From positions 3,892,153 through 3,956,152 of the forward strand of contig MU055753.1 in the NCBI GenBank assembly GCA_013239625.1: a DNA stretch of 64,000 nucleotides, in the 5' to 3' direction. This document shows, piece after piece, positions 1 to 22,690 of this stretch. The notes beneath the pieces are model-generated. The model was not told where the DNA came from. It saw only the letters and a list, made by a program, of their open reading frames with translations, and did not search any database. Position 1 is the stretch's first letter. Each line of letters begins with the position of its first letter. The stretch comes from Lama guanicoe (taxonomy: Eukaryota). The position numbers were made by a program, and so were the translations under genes.

Positions 1-429
1 CCCTCTAGAGGCCTGGGAAATGTCTGGTGAAGAGCCCCCTATGACGATCCCCCCTGCAGCTTCCTCACCCACTGGCTTTAGACAAGGATGGGGGCCAGGC
101 CTCCAGACCCAGCGTCTGTCCAGGAAGGAACGAAGGAGTGGTCTGGGGTGTCTTTGCCCCTCCCCTCCAGGATACCCACTGCCCTCTGTGCTGTACCTCA
201 AGCCCTCCTCTCTGAGAAGGTTCTGGTGATCACCCACTGGGGCAAACAGACCTTGGCCCTGGTGCTCTGGCAGCCCTCACACAAGTTTCAGCTTCTCGGC
301 CCCCCAGCCCAGGCCTGCTGCCAAGGAGAGGCCCCAATGAAGTCCCACAGGTGGAGCAAGCCTGAAACCTGTGTGCACCGGCAAGAACCCATGGTGGATA
401 CGCAACCAGCGGGCCAAAGGGGGAAAGGG

Positions 430-1035
430 GACAAGATGGTCACATGGTCACAAATCACTTGTTAATTAAAAGGGAAAGTAGCTTTACAGAGAAACTGATG
501 GATCAGGCTGATGTCACTGGGATGGACAGACATGGTGTTCCTCCCAGGGCAATGCCTTAGAAGGACACAGCGACATTTACCTGCTGTTCCGAAGAGCACA
601 GGAGCTGAATCTCAAGAATCGTCAAAACGAACCCCATATAGGGACATGCTACCAAGTGACTGGCTGGACCTTCTAAGACCACAGGGGAGGCAGACGTGGG
701 CACACTTGGGGTCAAAGGATCCTCCAGACTGGTGCCCAGGAGCACAGGAAGGTGCTGGGAACATTCAAGTGAGGTGGCCCCATCCATGTTATGTCCCTGG
801 TTTTCCTCACTATGCTCTGGTTACATAGGTCAGTCCTTGGCCTTACAAGAGATACACTGGACATTTTAAGGGCACAATTAGGGGCAACTGATGATCAAAT
901 GGTTCAGAAATGTTAGACTGTGAGCATGAAAAAACAGCTGTGTCAAAATGTTAGCAACAGGGAATCTGGTGAAGGGTGTGAAGTACTATGTTAGCTGACT
1001 CTCTGAAATTACATCAAAGTAAATTTTCAAGCACA
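430..1035 (+). mobile_element. Old LINE-1 (L1MC/ME-like) 3'UTR remnants
   Basis: AT-richer block with tcacttgttaattaaaagggaaa and caaaatgttagcaacagggaatctggtgaagggt...ctgaaattacatcaaa. Confidence 0.55.
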
Positions 1036-2233
1036 GGAGGGAGCTGGCAAGAATGGACTTCAACAGATCACCGTCCCTCTCTGAGGCCCTTCCCAGTGGG
1101 TGGCTGTGGGGGGAAACGTCCACTTCTCAGGGCAGCCTGAGGGTCAGCCTAGGAGAGGCTGCAGCTTGAGGTTCTGCCAAGTCAGTGAGGCAGGTGTGCT
1201 CAAGAGTCCTGGGTTGGGGATGAGAGCACAGATGAAGGCCATCCCTCAGCAGGGGCTGTATGGGTCCAGGGACGACAGACAGGACAGGAGCAGCCTGGGA
1301 TGTGCAAGTGGCATCTCTTCGTGGCTGCCAGTGGCTAGAGTGACCAGTATTCCCTTGGCCAGCTCTGGTAGCAGGCTGGGGCTGGCCTTTGGGAGATGGG
1401 CAGGGAGCCCCACACCCGGCACAGATTGACAGCTGCCAGGCAAGGCCTGGGACATGGCCACCACTGCCTGGTGGGCTGGGCAGATCAGGGGAGAAAATTC
1501 AGTGGGAGGGGTGGCAGACCCCGTGTGCCATCTCCGAGTCTTGGCATTTGGTGACCGGGAAGGCGGCCCCAGAAATACAGGTGACAGAGGCTATTCTCAG
1601 CAGGTCTGGGTGTTAGTCTTGCCCTCCATGACTCGTGTGGGGCCCTCTGCTGACCCTTGGTGGAGATGCAGGCCTGGGAGTTGCTGAGTGACCTCTTTGG
1701 GCTCCAACCCCTCCCCTCCACAGCCTGGACAACAGGCAGAGGAAGCTACCTGAGGGTCCCTGGAGGCTGCAGGACAGGTAGAGTCCATCAGGTAGTGCCC
1801 CTACCCTGCAGGGAGTCCTTAGGGTTCAGGCAATGACATATTCATCAGAGACAGGAGTGGCTCACCACCACCACCACCCTGCTCCCAGACAGGCCTGCAT
1901 CCCTGCCCTCGGCCCGGTCCTGGGAGCTCCCCGACACCAGGGCAAGGCCAAAAATGGAAAGGAAGTGGCCCTGGGTCCATCCACCCATGCCAGGACATCT
2001 TCAAGGGACCAGAGCCTACACATTCACCCACCTGACCTGCAAAGAGGCCTGCTTCAGGGGACAAGGTTCCCAATGTCCCCCAGCTTAGCATCAAACAGGA
2101 AATGGGCATAGTAGTCAGCTCAGGACAAACAGTGGAAGCCAGCTGTCCCACTGCCCCAAGAGAAGGGGTGCCTCCCTAGACCCACTGCCCACATGGTGAT
2201 GGGAGGCAGAGGTGTACTCCAAACACGAGAGGC

Positions 2234-2239
2234 TTTATT
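2234..2239 (-). terminator. PIGQ: PIGQ polyadenylation signal AATAAA
   Basis: tttatt on +, about 1.2 kb past the stop; GU-rich sequence follows on the minus strand. Confidence 0.75.
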
Positions 2240-3464
2240 GTCTCAGCAGAAAAAGGCAGAGCCAGGACCCCTCCCACCCAACACTGGGCTGGTGGGGACT
2301 CCCCCAGAAGCCCCCCCACTGTGGCCCATAGCCAAGGAGTGTGGGTGGCAGAAGTGGACAGCTCAGGCTGCCTGGGATGGACAGGGAGCACTGCCCTCCC
2401 CCACCCCACGTCCAACCCCAAGATGACACACTGAACGTGAAGCCATTCGCATCTCCATGCTTCCTCCCCCCGGGATTCTGGGCTTCAAAATCACACTTGA
2501 TTCTGCCTGCAGTCAGCAAGCAGATGCAGCTTGAGTGCTAGGACCCCTCCCTGGGGGCTACAGAAGCATCTGCCCAGGAGCTGCCTGCTTCTGCGAGAAG
2601 TCAGTGAATGAAATGGAAGATTTGGCTCCGGTTCAGGGCAGGAACGGGGCAGCTGGGTGAGTAGTGCTCTGCTGCCAGCTCTGGGCACCCCATGTGGCCT
2701 GGTTTTACACACCCAAAGGCCTGTGGGCAGCTCCTCCTACAGAGTATCCTCTCCAGGAGCATCAAGTAAAGCCTGTGCAATTCAGGGCATGAGGGGCGCT
2801 GCCACTCAGCTTCCTGGAGGGCCCCTCCTGGCTCTCAGAGGCTGCTGGTTTCGGCTGGGGGTCAGCAGTGGTTTGGACCCCCTAGACTGGCTGGCTGTTG
2901 CTCCACTGAGACAGCTGGAAGGAACTGAGGATGCAGAAGGGTATCCTGCAGAAAACCGCTCAGGGAAGGAGATGCTTGGGGGCCAGAGTCTCAAGGACTG
3001 TTGAATGCACCCTAGGAAGGGTCCTTCTAACCCGTGACAGGGTCGGGCACCTGGGAGCAGCCGGAGAGGTCTGCCAGCTCACCCCACTGGGAACTGACCC
3101 AGTGGGTAGAGGCGGGGCTCAGTAAACCTCTGCTAGGGTCTGGTGTAGGGGTGGGGGCAGTCCTGGGAGGCTAGTGGGCATGGGCTAACAGTGCATCATA
3201 GCAGATCAGAAGGTGGGTCCCAAGGCAAACAAGCCAGTGCCAGAGTGGAGGCCAGCTGGCCTGGCTGGCCACTCCTGCATCCTCCAGTTCACCACTCCCA
3301 CGACCTCAGAGTCAGGAGATGCGACAGGCAGGGCCCCAGCAGGGCCTGCAGAGGTCCCAGACAACTGGGGGCAGGGAAGGCAAAGAGCAGGGACGTGTGC
3401 TGCCCTGACAGTCAAAGCCACCCTGGCAGCTGGTAGTGCTGGGGTTTCTGGTGGCCTGGTTCCC

Positions 3465-12393
<8,929 letters not shown>

Positions 12394-14029
12394 GCTGGGA
12401 ACGCTAGAAGAGAGGAGCGGGGCTCAGCTCAGAGCTGCTGCCGTTGCTGCTGTGGTGCCCCAATGACCCCAGGGTGGCTGGCAGTGCCAGGGCTGCAGGC
12501 CCTGGCTAATACATGACATGAATGGCCCTGACAAACACATCCACACAGCCACTGGGCCCATAGGTTGGGGCAATGCAGCTTTGGGTCTGGTCACAGGGCT
12601 GGTAGTGGGCCCAGGTATCCATCTCCAGTCCAGGCTGCTGTGAGCATAGGCCCAAGCTACCCCCCACCGTTACCCTGAGAGAGGTCAGTGCTTTCCCTCC
12701 CATCCCCAGAGACAAGCAGGTAGAACAGGTGAGGTCACATGACCTTCTCACCAGGGCGCACAGGGCTGAACACAAGGGAACTGATTACAGTTCATGTGCA
12801 GCACGTGAAAAAATGCACAATCTCATTAACAATTAAAGTAATGTAGATTAAAAATCTTACAAACCTTGATTAACTTACTAAGCTAGCAAGAATAAAGATA
12901 AAAATTGACACAAGTTGCTGCTGAACTGAGGGAAATCGCATGCTGCTGACAGCTGTGGGCATTGTTGCAGGTGCCCCAGAAGGTGCCTGGGGACACGCCT
13001 GGTGCCCAAGTCCATCTGCTGCCCAGTCAGCCCCTGGGGAAGCCTCAGTGCTCAGCCAACAGGCCCAGCTCCATGGGGCTCCTGCCTCTGCCCTGACCCT
13101 GCAGCCTCCAGTGGTGCCCATCCTTCCCTGGGAGCCCCATCCTCTTGTCACAGCCAAACACTGCCTTCAGGACCTATTCCCCAGCCAGGAAGTGTTCTAG
13201 AAAGGGGGGTGGGAGTTCTCCAGCCCTGGAGAATGGATGAGGGGACGCCCGCCTTCCTGGCCTCCACTACCTTCACCTGACCCCTGAGCAGCAAGGACAG
13301 CCCCAAGTGGCTGTGACTCCTGAATTCTGTGTGACCCTGAGCCTTGCCCAGCCCCGGCTTCAGCCAGCTGTAGATGTGAACTCTCAGTAAGCACCCCATT
13401 TCCCACCTGAGCCCTCCCAGATGGGGCCTGATGGACAGCAGGTTTGCCTGGGTAGGGGTTTGCCTTGGGGCTGGCCCTTTCCCAGACACTGATGACCCCA
13501 CTGCACCAGCACAAAGGGCAGAGCAGCTGCCCTGAGCAAAGACCCCTTCAAGTTGGAGCCACACCTGAGGAAAGGACACAGGTGAGGACAGGAGGACAGA
13601 GAGGGACACACGTGTTGGGGAGATGCAACTGGTACAGCTGCTTTCCTCCCCTGCAGGTGGTCCAGAGCGGGGCTGGAGGGGTGAGGCCTCTTCCACCTGT
13701 AGGTTCTGAGTAAAAAGGGTCCCTCTGAGTGAAGCAATAGCCAGACTCCCAAATGGCCCACCCCCCAGTGACCAGAAAGGGCAGGGAACATGGGTGTCGA
13801 CAGGGGAAGTCCCTGTGGCCATCGGCAAGGGCATCAAGGGCCACCTTGTCTTCCTGACACTTCTGCAGGACCATTGTGAGAGGGACAGAGCGATTCTGTC
13901 AGGCTCCTGGAGCATCTGGCTTGGTGACCACTGTGGGGGATCAGCCAGCATGGTCCAAGTCTCTCAGCACCAGCCTGTCAGGACCACCAGCTCAGCCAAA
14001 TGACAAGATCATACCCTGCTTGGGGACTC

Positions 14030-14235
14030 CTTTCACAGCAGCTAAGGAAAACTGCCAAAGCTACTGTCAGAAAAGAAACACAATTGGGCAAACAGTAATC
14101 AGATGCTCTGGGGGAAGCTGGTTACATGGCGGGTTCACTTTCAGAAAATTCATTGAGCTGTACATGTACGATCTGTGCACTTTCTTTGTGTGTCTTATGC
14201 TTCATCTTCAAAGTTGACCTTAAAAAAAAAAACAA
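14030..14235 (+). mobile_element. Old LINE-1 3' end with A tail
   Basis: ggttacatgg...ttcactttcagaaaattcattgagctgtaca...tgtgcactttct followed by poly-A. Confidence 0.6.
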
Positions 14236-15029
14236 AACCTCCTCATGTCTCGGGAAGCGTGGAGGGCAGAGGTTGGTGTTCCCAACCATGGGGTAGTGAG
14301 AGAGAATTCAAATCACAGGGCAAGTTCCCATTCCCACCCTGCACCTCAGCCTCTGGGAGTAGCCAACACAAAGAAGTCTGCTCTGATCAGACAGCCAGGA
14401 AAAGATGAAAGAGCAGGCAATCAATAGCAGAGGTACAGATGGGAGAAAGCAGGGCAGTAACTCGGTACCGTGTGCAGCTTTAAAGACTGTGATAAAAACA
14501 AGGGCGCAGGCCTGGGAATGCTGCCTCTGTTAAGAACGATGCCCAGTTCTCTGTGACCTGGCCCACTCCCAGATCAGTCAGGTAACGCAGTCTCTGGGAC
14601 GCCCCTTGTCACAAAACATGAACTCAACAGTCTACCTTAGGAAGTGGACAGCCTCCCATCCCTTGCATGAACTGATTCAGGGCAAAAGCCCAGTTATGAC
14701 TGGCCAGGGACATTTCACTAAGACCCTCCTTTGTAGAGTCTCACCCTCACTGATCCTCAAGAGCTCACAGGAATTCGTTTTCACTCCATGTGTTTGTGTT
14801 TAAAAAACAACAAGCATTCAGTAAACAGTACTTTTCCCCTCTCGTTTCAGAATGGACATGAATCTAGGACTCTTTTTCCACAGTTACTGCAGTCAAGGAC
14901 ACTACTACTGTAAAGCGCTGACAGCCAGTTCCATTGACCCTGAATGCTCTTCGAAAGAGTGCACATCGGGACACAAGTTGGTTGAGCGCAGAAGAAACCA
15001 GCCAGGCCCTCTCCACCCCACAGGGCTGG

Positions 15030-15670
15030 GGTGCACCCCAGTGGGATGTACCCCGGCCAAGAGCACTCACGCGGCCCTGCCGCAAACCCGGGGGTGGGTG
15101 GGCGCGCTCCTGAAGCGGGTGGCGGGGCCTCACAGCCCTCCCGAGTCTCAGACCCGCCGTTCCCAGCGGCCAGCAGAGCCCCCATTTTACGGATGAGGAA
15201 ACAGACTCTCCGAGAGGCAAGAAGCCTGCGCAGCTCCGAGAGGAGGCTCCGGAGACCCTTGGGCTCCTCAGCCTGCGCCTGGGACCACCGCAGCGGGAGT
15301 CGGAGCCCGTGGTCCGGCGGGGGCAGCTCCCCAAGGTCGCGCCTCATGGACGCCGGCCCGCCCCCCAAGTGCTCACCGGCTGCTCCCCGGGGCCGCGCCC
15401 TCGGGCGGCGGGGTCGAGATGAGGTTGGGGACCGCGTCGGGCGGGCGCGGGCGAACGGCGGCTCTCGCTGGCCCCAGCCCAGCCGCGGCTGTGCCGCGGG
15501 ACACTAACCCCATTTCCGCCGGCTCCAGGCGTTGCCGCGTGACGGTCCTCCTTGAAAGGCACCCGGGCTGCCCGCCAGCCCCTGGCCCGTGCGTTCCGTG
15601 TACGCAACGTTCCGGCCCCCGGAGCTAGAGGCCTGCGTGCGGCGCCCTTGTCCCCGCTCAGAATCTTTGT
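15030..15670 (-). promoter_or_regulatory. PIGQ: PIGQ CpG-island promoter with non-coding exon 1 (3' end 15377, TSS about 15500-15550)
   Basis: Dense CpG; consensus donor CCG|GTGAGC at 15376; ETS-like (tttccg) and RFX-like (gttgccgcgtgac) motifs near 15510-15545. Confidence 0.8.
15178..15235. mobile_element. MIR core fragment
   Basis: ccccattttacggatgaggaaacagactc...gagagg. Confidence 0.6.
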
Positions 15671-16055
15671 CCCCACTCCAGTCTACCTAGTGCCCCCAAT
15701 ACCTCTGCCTTCCAGTTCCCCACCTTCCCACAGCCACCAAACCTCCCCCATCCCTGCTTTCCTCATGTAAGTGACTTAGTGGACTCGACATTTGAGGATC
15801 CCAGACCTTATCTTACACCCACCCTTCCAGATGATAGGGCCTCTAGGCCCTGGGTAGAGTCCCAGGCTGACCCCCTTGTACCCTGGTCCCTACATAGGGC
15901 CCCCCACCCAGGTCCCTCGAGGGCCAAAAGAGCTAGGAAGTTTGGAGGGCCAGCCTGGAGGCTGAAGCCATCTGATCTGATAATCAGGAGGCATCCCTGA
16001 CCCTCCTGCTCCTGGGAACGGTATCCCTAATACCAGCAGCAACAACTAACTCATG

Positions 16056-16061
16056 TTTATT
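16056..16061 (-). terminator. NHLRC4: Probable NHLRC4 polyadenylation signal AATAAA, inside an ancient L2/MIR-like fragment
   Basis: tttatt in 'catgtttattgagtacctgcta'; the only AATAAA I found between the NHLRC4 stop and the PIGQ promoter. Confidence 0.55.
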
Positions 16062-16872
16062 GAGTACCTGCTACACATCTCCTTACACCGACCCACTTAA
16101 TCCACCCTTTTCTCCACAGGTCCTTGTGATTGGTGCATCCCCTCACCAGCTCCCAGGGACAGGACTAGGCACTGTCTCCTCCCTCTGAAGACCCCTCACT
16201 AGAACTAGAAGCCTGGCTGGGCCCCAGACTCAGTGTAACCCCAAACCTCCCCAACCTTTTCAGCTTCATTTTCGTGCTGCTTTTAAGCAGCAGGAGTCTG
16301 TCCTCACAGGAGGGCTCTCTTACACTTGACCACTGCCCATAACTCTCCCAGCACCCCCACATGAGCTTGCAGCTCTTTGATCCCATCTGCAGAGGAGAAA
16401 ATGAAGGCTCAGTTTCACATGGGAGAAAGAGCCGGCATGGAGGCTTCCAACCCAGCCATGTGTCACCACAGGGCTCCTCCAGGGTGGCCCCTCCTCTGCT
16501 CCCCCCTTACCTCAGCTGGGCCCAGAGAAGCTGCAGGAGACTCGGCACCTGGGGCCTCTGAGGATGGGGGACAGTGAGGGGCCACACCCCTACCCAAACT
16601 ACACTGCCCGGCCCAGCTCAGCCCAGCCATACCCTCCCTGCCTGCCTCTGTCTGATTAGGAGCTAGGACTGTCAAGGAAGTCTGAATCCTCTGTGAGAGA
16701 GACAGGAGGACAGTCCAAGGCCTGGCTCAGAAGTGTCACAAACATGCAGGGTCAGGAAGGCATGGCCAGCAGCCCTCCAGGACCCCACCAACCCTGAACA
16801 TTCCTCCCATCATTGTCCGGGCCCTGGAGGCTGGGACCATGCACAGCTGGTCTCCCCTGCAAGCCCACCAGA

Positions 16873-17786
16873 TCAGGCCAGATCCAAAAGGTACTGGTAC
16901 ACTTTGATGTAGCCATCCCCTGCATCCGCCACCATGAGCTGGCCCTGGGGTGTACAGGCCACACCCAGGGGCTGCCCTAGCCCCTCAGACACCAGGCAGA
17001 TGGGTGCCCTGTCCCGGGGGAACAGGGTCACCTGGCACTGCTGCTCGTCCACCACAATGACACTGCCCGCTGCATCAGTGCACACACCTGCTGGGCTGCC
17101 AAAGCTGTGCCCAGTCAGTCCTCTCAGGGAGCCCAGGGGCTGGCAGGCACTGCCAAACAGCCGCACATCCCCAAACTCTTCACTCACAGCCAGGCCCCCA
17201 TCAGGCCCTGGGCCCACCCAGCAGGGGCCCTCCAGGCCCAGTATGGAGGCAGGGGCCAGTGGCTCTAAGGCAGGGCCCAGTGTGAAGCTGTGCACAGCCC
17301 CGGGCACATAATCTGTCACCAAGACTCGACCAAAGGCATCCACAGCCAGCCCCTGGGGGGCCAAGAAGTTGCCCACTGTCACCCAGCGGCCCTGAGGGGC
17401 TCGGGCAGTGTGCTGGAGTGCACGGACAGTCCCGTGGACGAGGTCACTGACTACCACGAGGCCAGCAGCTGTCACAGCCACATCCTCTGGCACGAAGTCC
17501 CCAGCCCCTGGAATGTGGCAGGGCAGGTGGCAGACAGAGCGTCCCTCAAGGTCCAGCACGTGGATGCAGGGTGCAGTCCCCGCTGTCAGGAAGAGCAGGC
17601 CATCTGGGGAGCAGTGCAGGCCCCGGGGCCCCCCTGCAGCCCCTTCAGGCACCGAGATCCGCCCCAGCAGCTGGGGCTGCCAGGAGTGAACAGGGTCTCC
17701 AGGCAAATCCAGTGTGAGGTGCAGTCCTTGGGGGGTGGCTGATGAACTGGTAGGGGAGGTCCAGGAGGTCGAAGTAGGTGGATGGA
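16873..17786 (-). CDS. NHLRC4: NHLRC4, NHL-repeat beta-propeller ORF (six repeats); start codon unresolved
   Basis: The C-terminal 123 aa (ILGLEGPCWVGPGPDGGLAVSEEFGDVRLFGS...IKVYQYLLDLA*) match human NHLRC4. The frame is open upstream through three more NHL repeats, and the gene sits in the syntenic position between PRR35 and PIGQ. Confidence 0.88.
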
Positions 17787-18029
17787 ATCAAGGTCCAGCA
17801 CGTGGATGCAGGGTGCAGTCCCCCGCTGTCAGGAAGAGCAGGCCATCTGGGGAGCAGTGCAGGCCCCGGGGCCCCCCTGCAGCCCCTTCAGGCACCGAGA
17901 TCCGCCCCAGCAGCTGGGGCTGCCAGGAGTGAACAGGGTCTCCAGGCAAATCCAGTGTGAGGTGCAGTCCTTGGGGGGTGGCTGATGAACTGGTAGGGGA
18001 GGTCCAGGAGGTCGAAGTAGGTGGATGGA
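17546..18029. repeat. Direct tandem duplication: copy 1 at 17546-17786 (241 bp), copy 2 at 17788-18029 (242 bp)
   Basis: Copies are identical by eye except one homopolymer (C4 vs C5 in gcagtcccc(c)gctg), with a 1-nt spacer. Confidence 0.95.
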
Positions 18030-18159
18030 CAGATGTCACAGCCTCAGCCTCTCCAAGCCAGTCCTACAGCTGGGCCAAGTTTGAGGCTACAAGAGAAATA
18101 ACACCCCACCCCATGCCATGCAGCGCTACATTGGTTCCCCTGCACACTTCTTGGCAGGC

Positions 18160-18260
18160 AGGTGACCTCGTTTCACAGATGAGGAGATGGAGGCTTGGGG
18201 CATGAGACGGATTCAACTCAGTTCCACCAGGTCCCAAGTACCAGCCATGGCTTGGGACCC
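18160..18260. mobile_element. MIR fragment
   Basis: cgtttcacagatgaggagatggaggct. Confidence 0.5.
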
Positions 18261-18597
18261 CATTTTCCCAGATGTGGTCCCTGAACACAAATCTGGGAGA
18301 CACACCCCAGGAAGGATACTGTGGGTTTTACTCTGAGGCCCAAATGATCTCAGGGGCACCTAGATGTCTGAGGTGGGGGTTGGGGTGACAGATGAGCGGT
18401 ACTTCTCAGACTCATCTGCCTACGGAACCACTCCTTCAAGCAGGGAAAGTGACCCTTCTTGGGGGCAGCCCAAGCCCTCGCCCATTGCCCCAGATAGCCC
18501 TTGGAGACTTCCAAGCCCTGAAGGGTAAAGCAGGGGCCCTTTCCTAGGCCTCTCTGCCCACTCCCACTGAAAGAGGCTGTGGGGAGGGGTCTCCTAC

Positions 18598-18892
18598 CTG
18601 GAGCCAGTCTCCCTGGTCCCTGCTGGGCATTAGCCTCTGTTGTTGGAAACCACAGCTCAAGGGAGTGGGAGGAGCCACCTCGGCCTGCGGGGGCGGGGAG
18701 GGGCAGGCGGAGCTCTAGCCATGGCTACCTTAGAGCCTCAGCCCAAAGAAGCTCTAAGGAATCCTGTCACTCAGCTGCTAAACCTCCCAGGTGCTCTCCA
18801 GTGTTGCTGCATTCCTGCCTCAGAGCCTTTGCACTGGCCTCTGGAACATTCTTCACTCTGCCCCTGAATAGCTAGATGTAATCCTGGTCCAC
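18598..18892 (-). other. NHLRC4: Candidate upstream NHLRC4 exon (non-coding or decayed coding)
   Basis: Strong donor CAG|GTAGGA at 18597. Its phase matches the strong acceptor tatttctcttgtag| at 18086 in the NHL frame, but that frame carries stops. Confidence 0.45.
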
Positions 18893-20167
18893 CCAGCCCC
18901 TCTCCACAGGGGGCCCAGTGCCTCCACAACCTGCTGAATGTGAATCAAGGGCTTGGTACTCAGGAGACAGCACTCCCACCATCCTCCAGCAGGACCACAA
19001 GGTCAAGACCTCAGGGAAGGAGCTGTGCCCCTGACCTGCTAGCTGGATCACCTACCAGAGTCCAGGGTGGGAGACCTCTAGGGGGTCCGTCCTGCCTCCC
19101 ACAGACTAGGCAGGTTGAGTCCTGTCTCTCTGGTCCTGTTTCTGCACCTATGAAGCAGGGATCATGCCCTCCCCTCTCAGCAGGGACAGGCTTCTGTCTG
19201 TCCAGTGATTAGAAACTGGGGTGCATAGGCACATGGGAGTGTTAACGGGAGGGCAAGGGGTGTCTCCCTCAGACTCAGGACCTGGGGATTCTCCAGACAC
19301 CTCCTGACTCAGCCCACAGCCCCCATAAGCCCATACAGGAAACCCCTGGAAGGTTGGGGGTCAGCCCATGTCTGTGACCCACTCCCTACCTGGCCACCCG
19401 CAGCCCATTTCTGGACACTGCAGAGGGCAGGTTAGTGATGCTATCTGCTGCTCGGCAGAGTTAATGGGGCAGCCGCGGGTCCTGATCCGACTGGCCCAGC
19501 CTGGTCAACCCAGCTCAAGGAGCCAGGCGCAGGCAGGAACCGCACTCCCTAGGGCCATTCCTGGGTGGGCATGGAGGTGTGGCCAGCTCCCGGGGAGAGA
19601 AGCTGTTAGCTGGGTCCGACAGTCCCCCAGGCACCCCTCCCTACCTGTCCCCCGCCTCCCCTTCCAGCCCCCCACTGTGGGAAAGCCAAGTCTGGTGGTG
19701 CTAGGAGGTAGGCAGTGAGCTGTGAAGGCCACCCGATGCCTATCGTGGCTGCAGGGCCTGGCAGGGGCCCAGCAGAGGCCATGCTAGGCGAGCAGCCCCA
19801 GGCCACAGAATGTGGGGGGCACTGTTTCACCACAGGGGGAGCAGCCTCCCACATGAATCAGATATTAGGACTGCCTTGCCAGACGCGGGGGCTGGAGGCT
19901 TTCCTAGGGGCCCCCACCCACCCCCCACATGCAGAAACAGGCCTGACCAGCTCCTAGACCATGCACACCTGCCTCTGTACCCCTCCTTGCTCTGTCCCCT
20001 CCATGGAAAGCCCCCCACTCTCTCCCCAGACTTCGGCCCCCCCAGGAGGTCCCAGTCTACAAGAGGAGGCTGAGGACACTGCCCTCTATGTCCCATCTGG
20101 GGACATTTCCACGGAGGAAGCAGCAAGGGAAGGAGGCCCAGACAGAGTGTGTGAAGGTGGTTTCTAT

Positions 20168-20173
20168 TTTAAT
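20168..20173 (-). terminator. PRR35: Probable PRR35 polyadenylation signal ATTAAA
   Basis: tttaat on +, about 190 nt past the stop. Confidence 0.5.
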
Positions 20174-20359
20174 ATCCACACTGTGATCAGTAAAGAGCTG
20201 TGACTCTCTTCTGTGCCTGTGTGGCCCCAGACAGGCAAGGTCACAGCAGGTGGGGGTCTGTCCATGGGCATGCTGGGACAGGTAATGGGGCCAGGTGGTG
20301 GGCACAGGGTTAGAAGGGCCCCTGTCCCTTAAAGACAGAGGTGGCAGCAGGAGCTGTGG

Positions 20360-22304
<1,945 letters not shown>

Positions 22305-22521
22305 CTAGTGGGCTGGCCCTGGCACCATGGCGACCTGCGGAGGGGGGCTTCGGTCAGCACTGTCTGCTCTGACCAACGCCCCCTCCCCTCTGTCACAGCT
22401 CGAAGGATAAGAGCTGGGACACTGTCACCCCTTGGCCCTCGGGCTCCCTGGCTTTGGCATGCGCAGCCCCGGCCTGGAACAGCCTCCCCGCCTCCCTCCT
22501 AGTTCATCTCACCCACACTTG

Positions 22522-22690
22522 TAGGGTCAGCAGACGTGGTGGATAAAAACACAGGATGCCCAGTCAAATCTGACACAGGCAAATAGTAAATACTTTTTTA
22601 GTATAAGTCTGGCCTAGCTAGTATTTGGAATGTACACTAAAAACGTATTTGTTGTTTATCTGAAATTTAGGTTTACTTGATTGATGGAGC
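22522..22690. mobile_element. MER53-like non-autonomous hAT DNA transposon (degenerate palindrome)
   Basis: tagggt...ataaaaacacaggatgcccagtcaaatctga...ttttttagtataagt...tttgttgtttatctgaaatt resembles the MER53 consensus as I recall it. Confidence 0.75.

Noticed and set aside
1-2200. RAB40C, expected next to PIGQ by synteny
   Set aside because: No CpG island or Rab-like exon here; the gene presumably lies beyond the left edge of the window.
18657-18722. Strong-Kozak ATG at 18722 as the NHLRC4 start
   Set aside because: It reads only 21 codons before TGA and is out of frame with the NHL ORF; at most a uORF.
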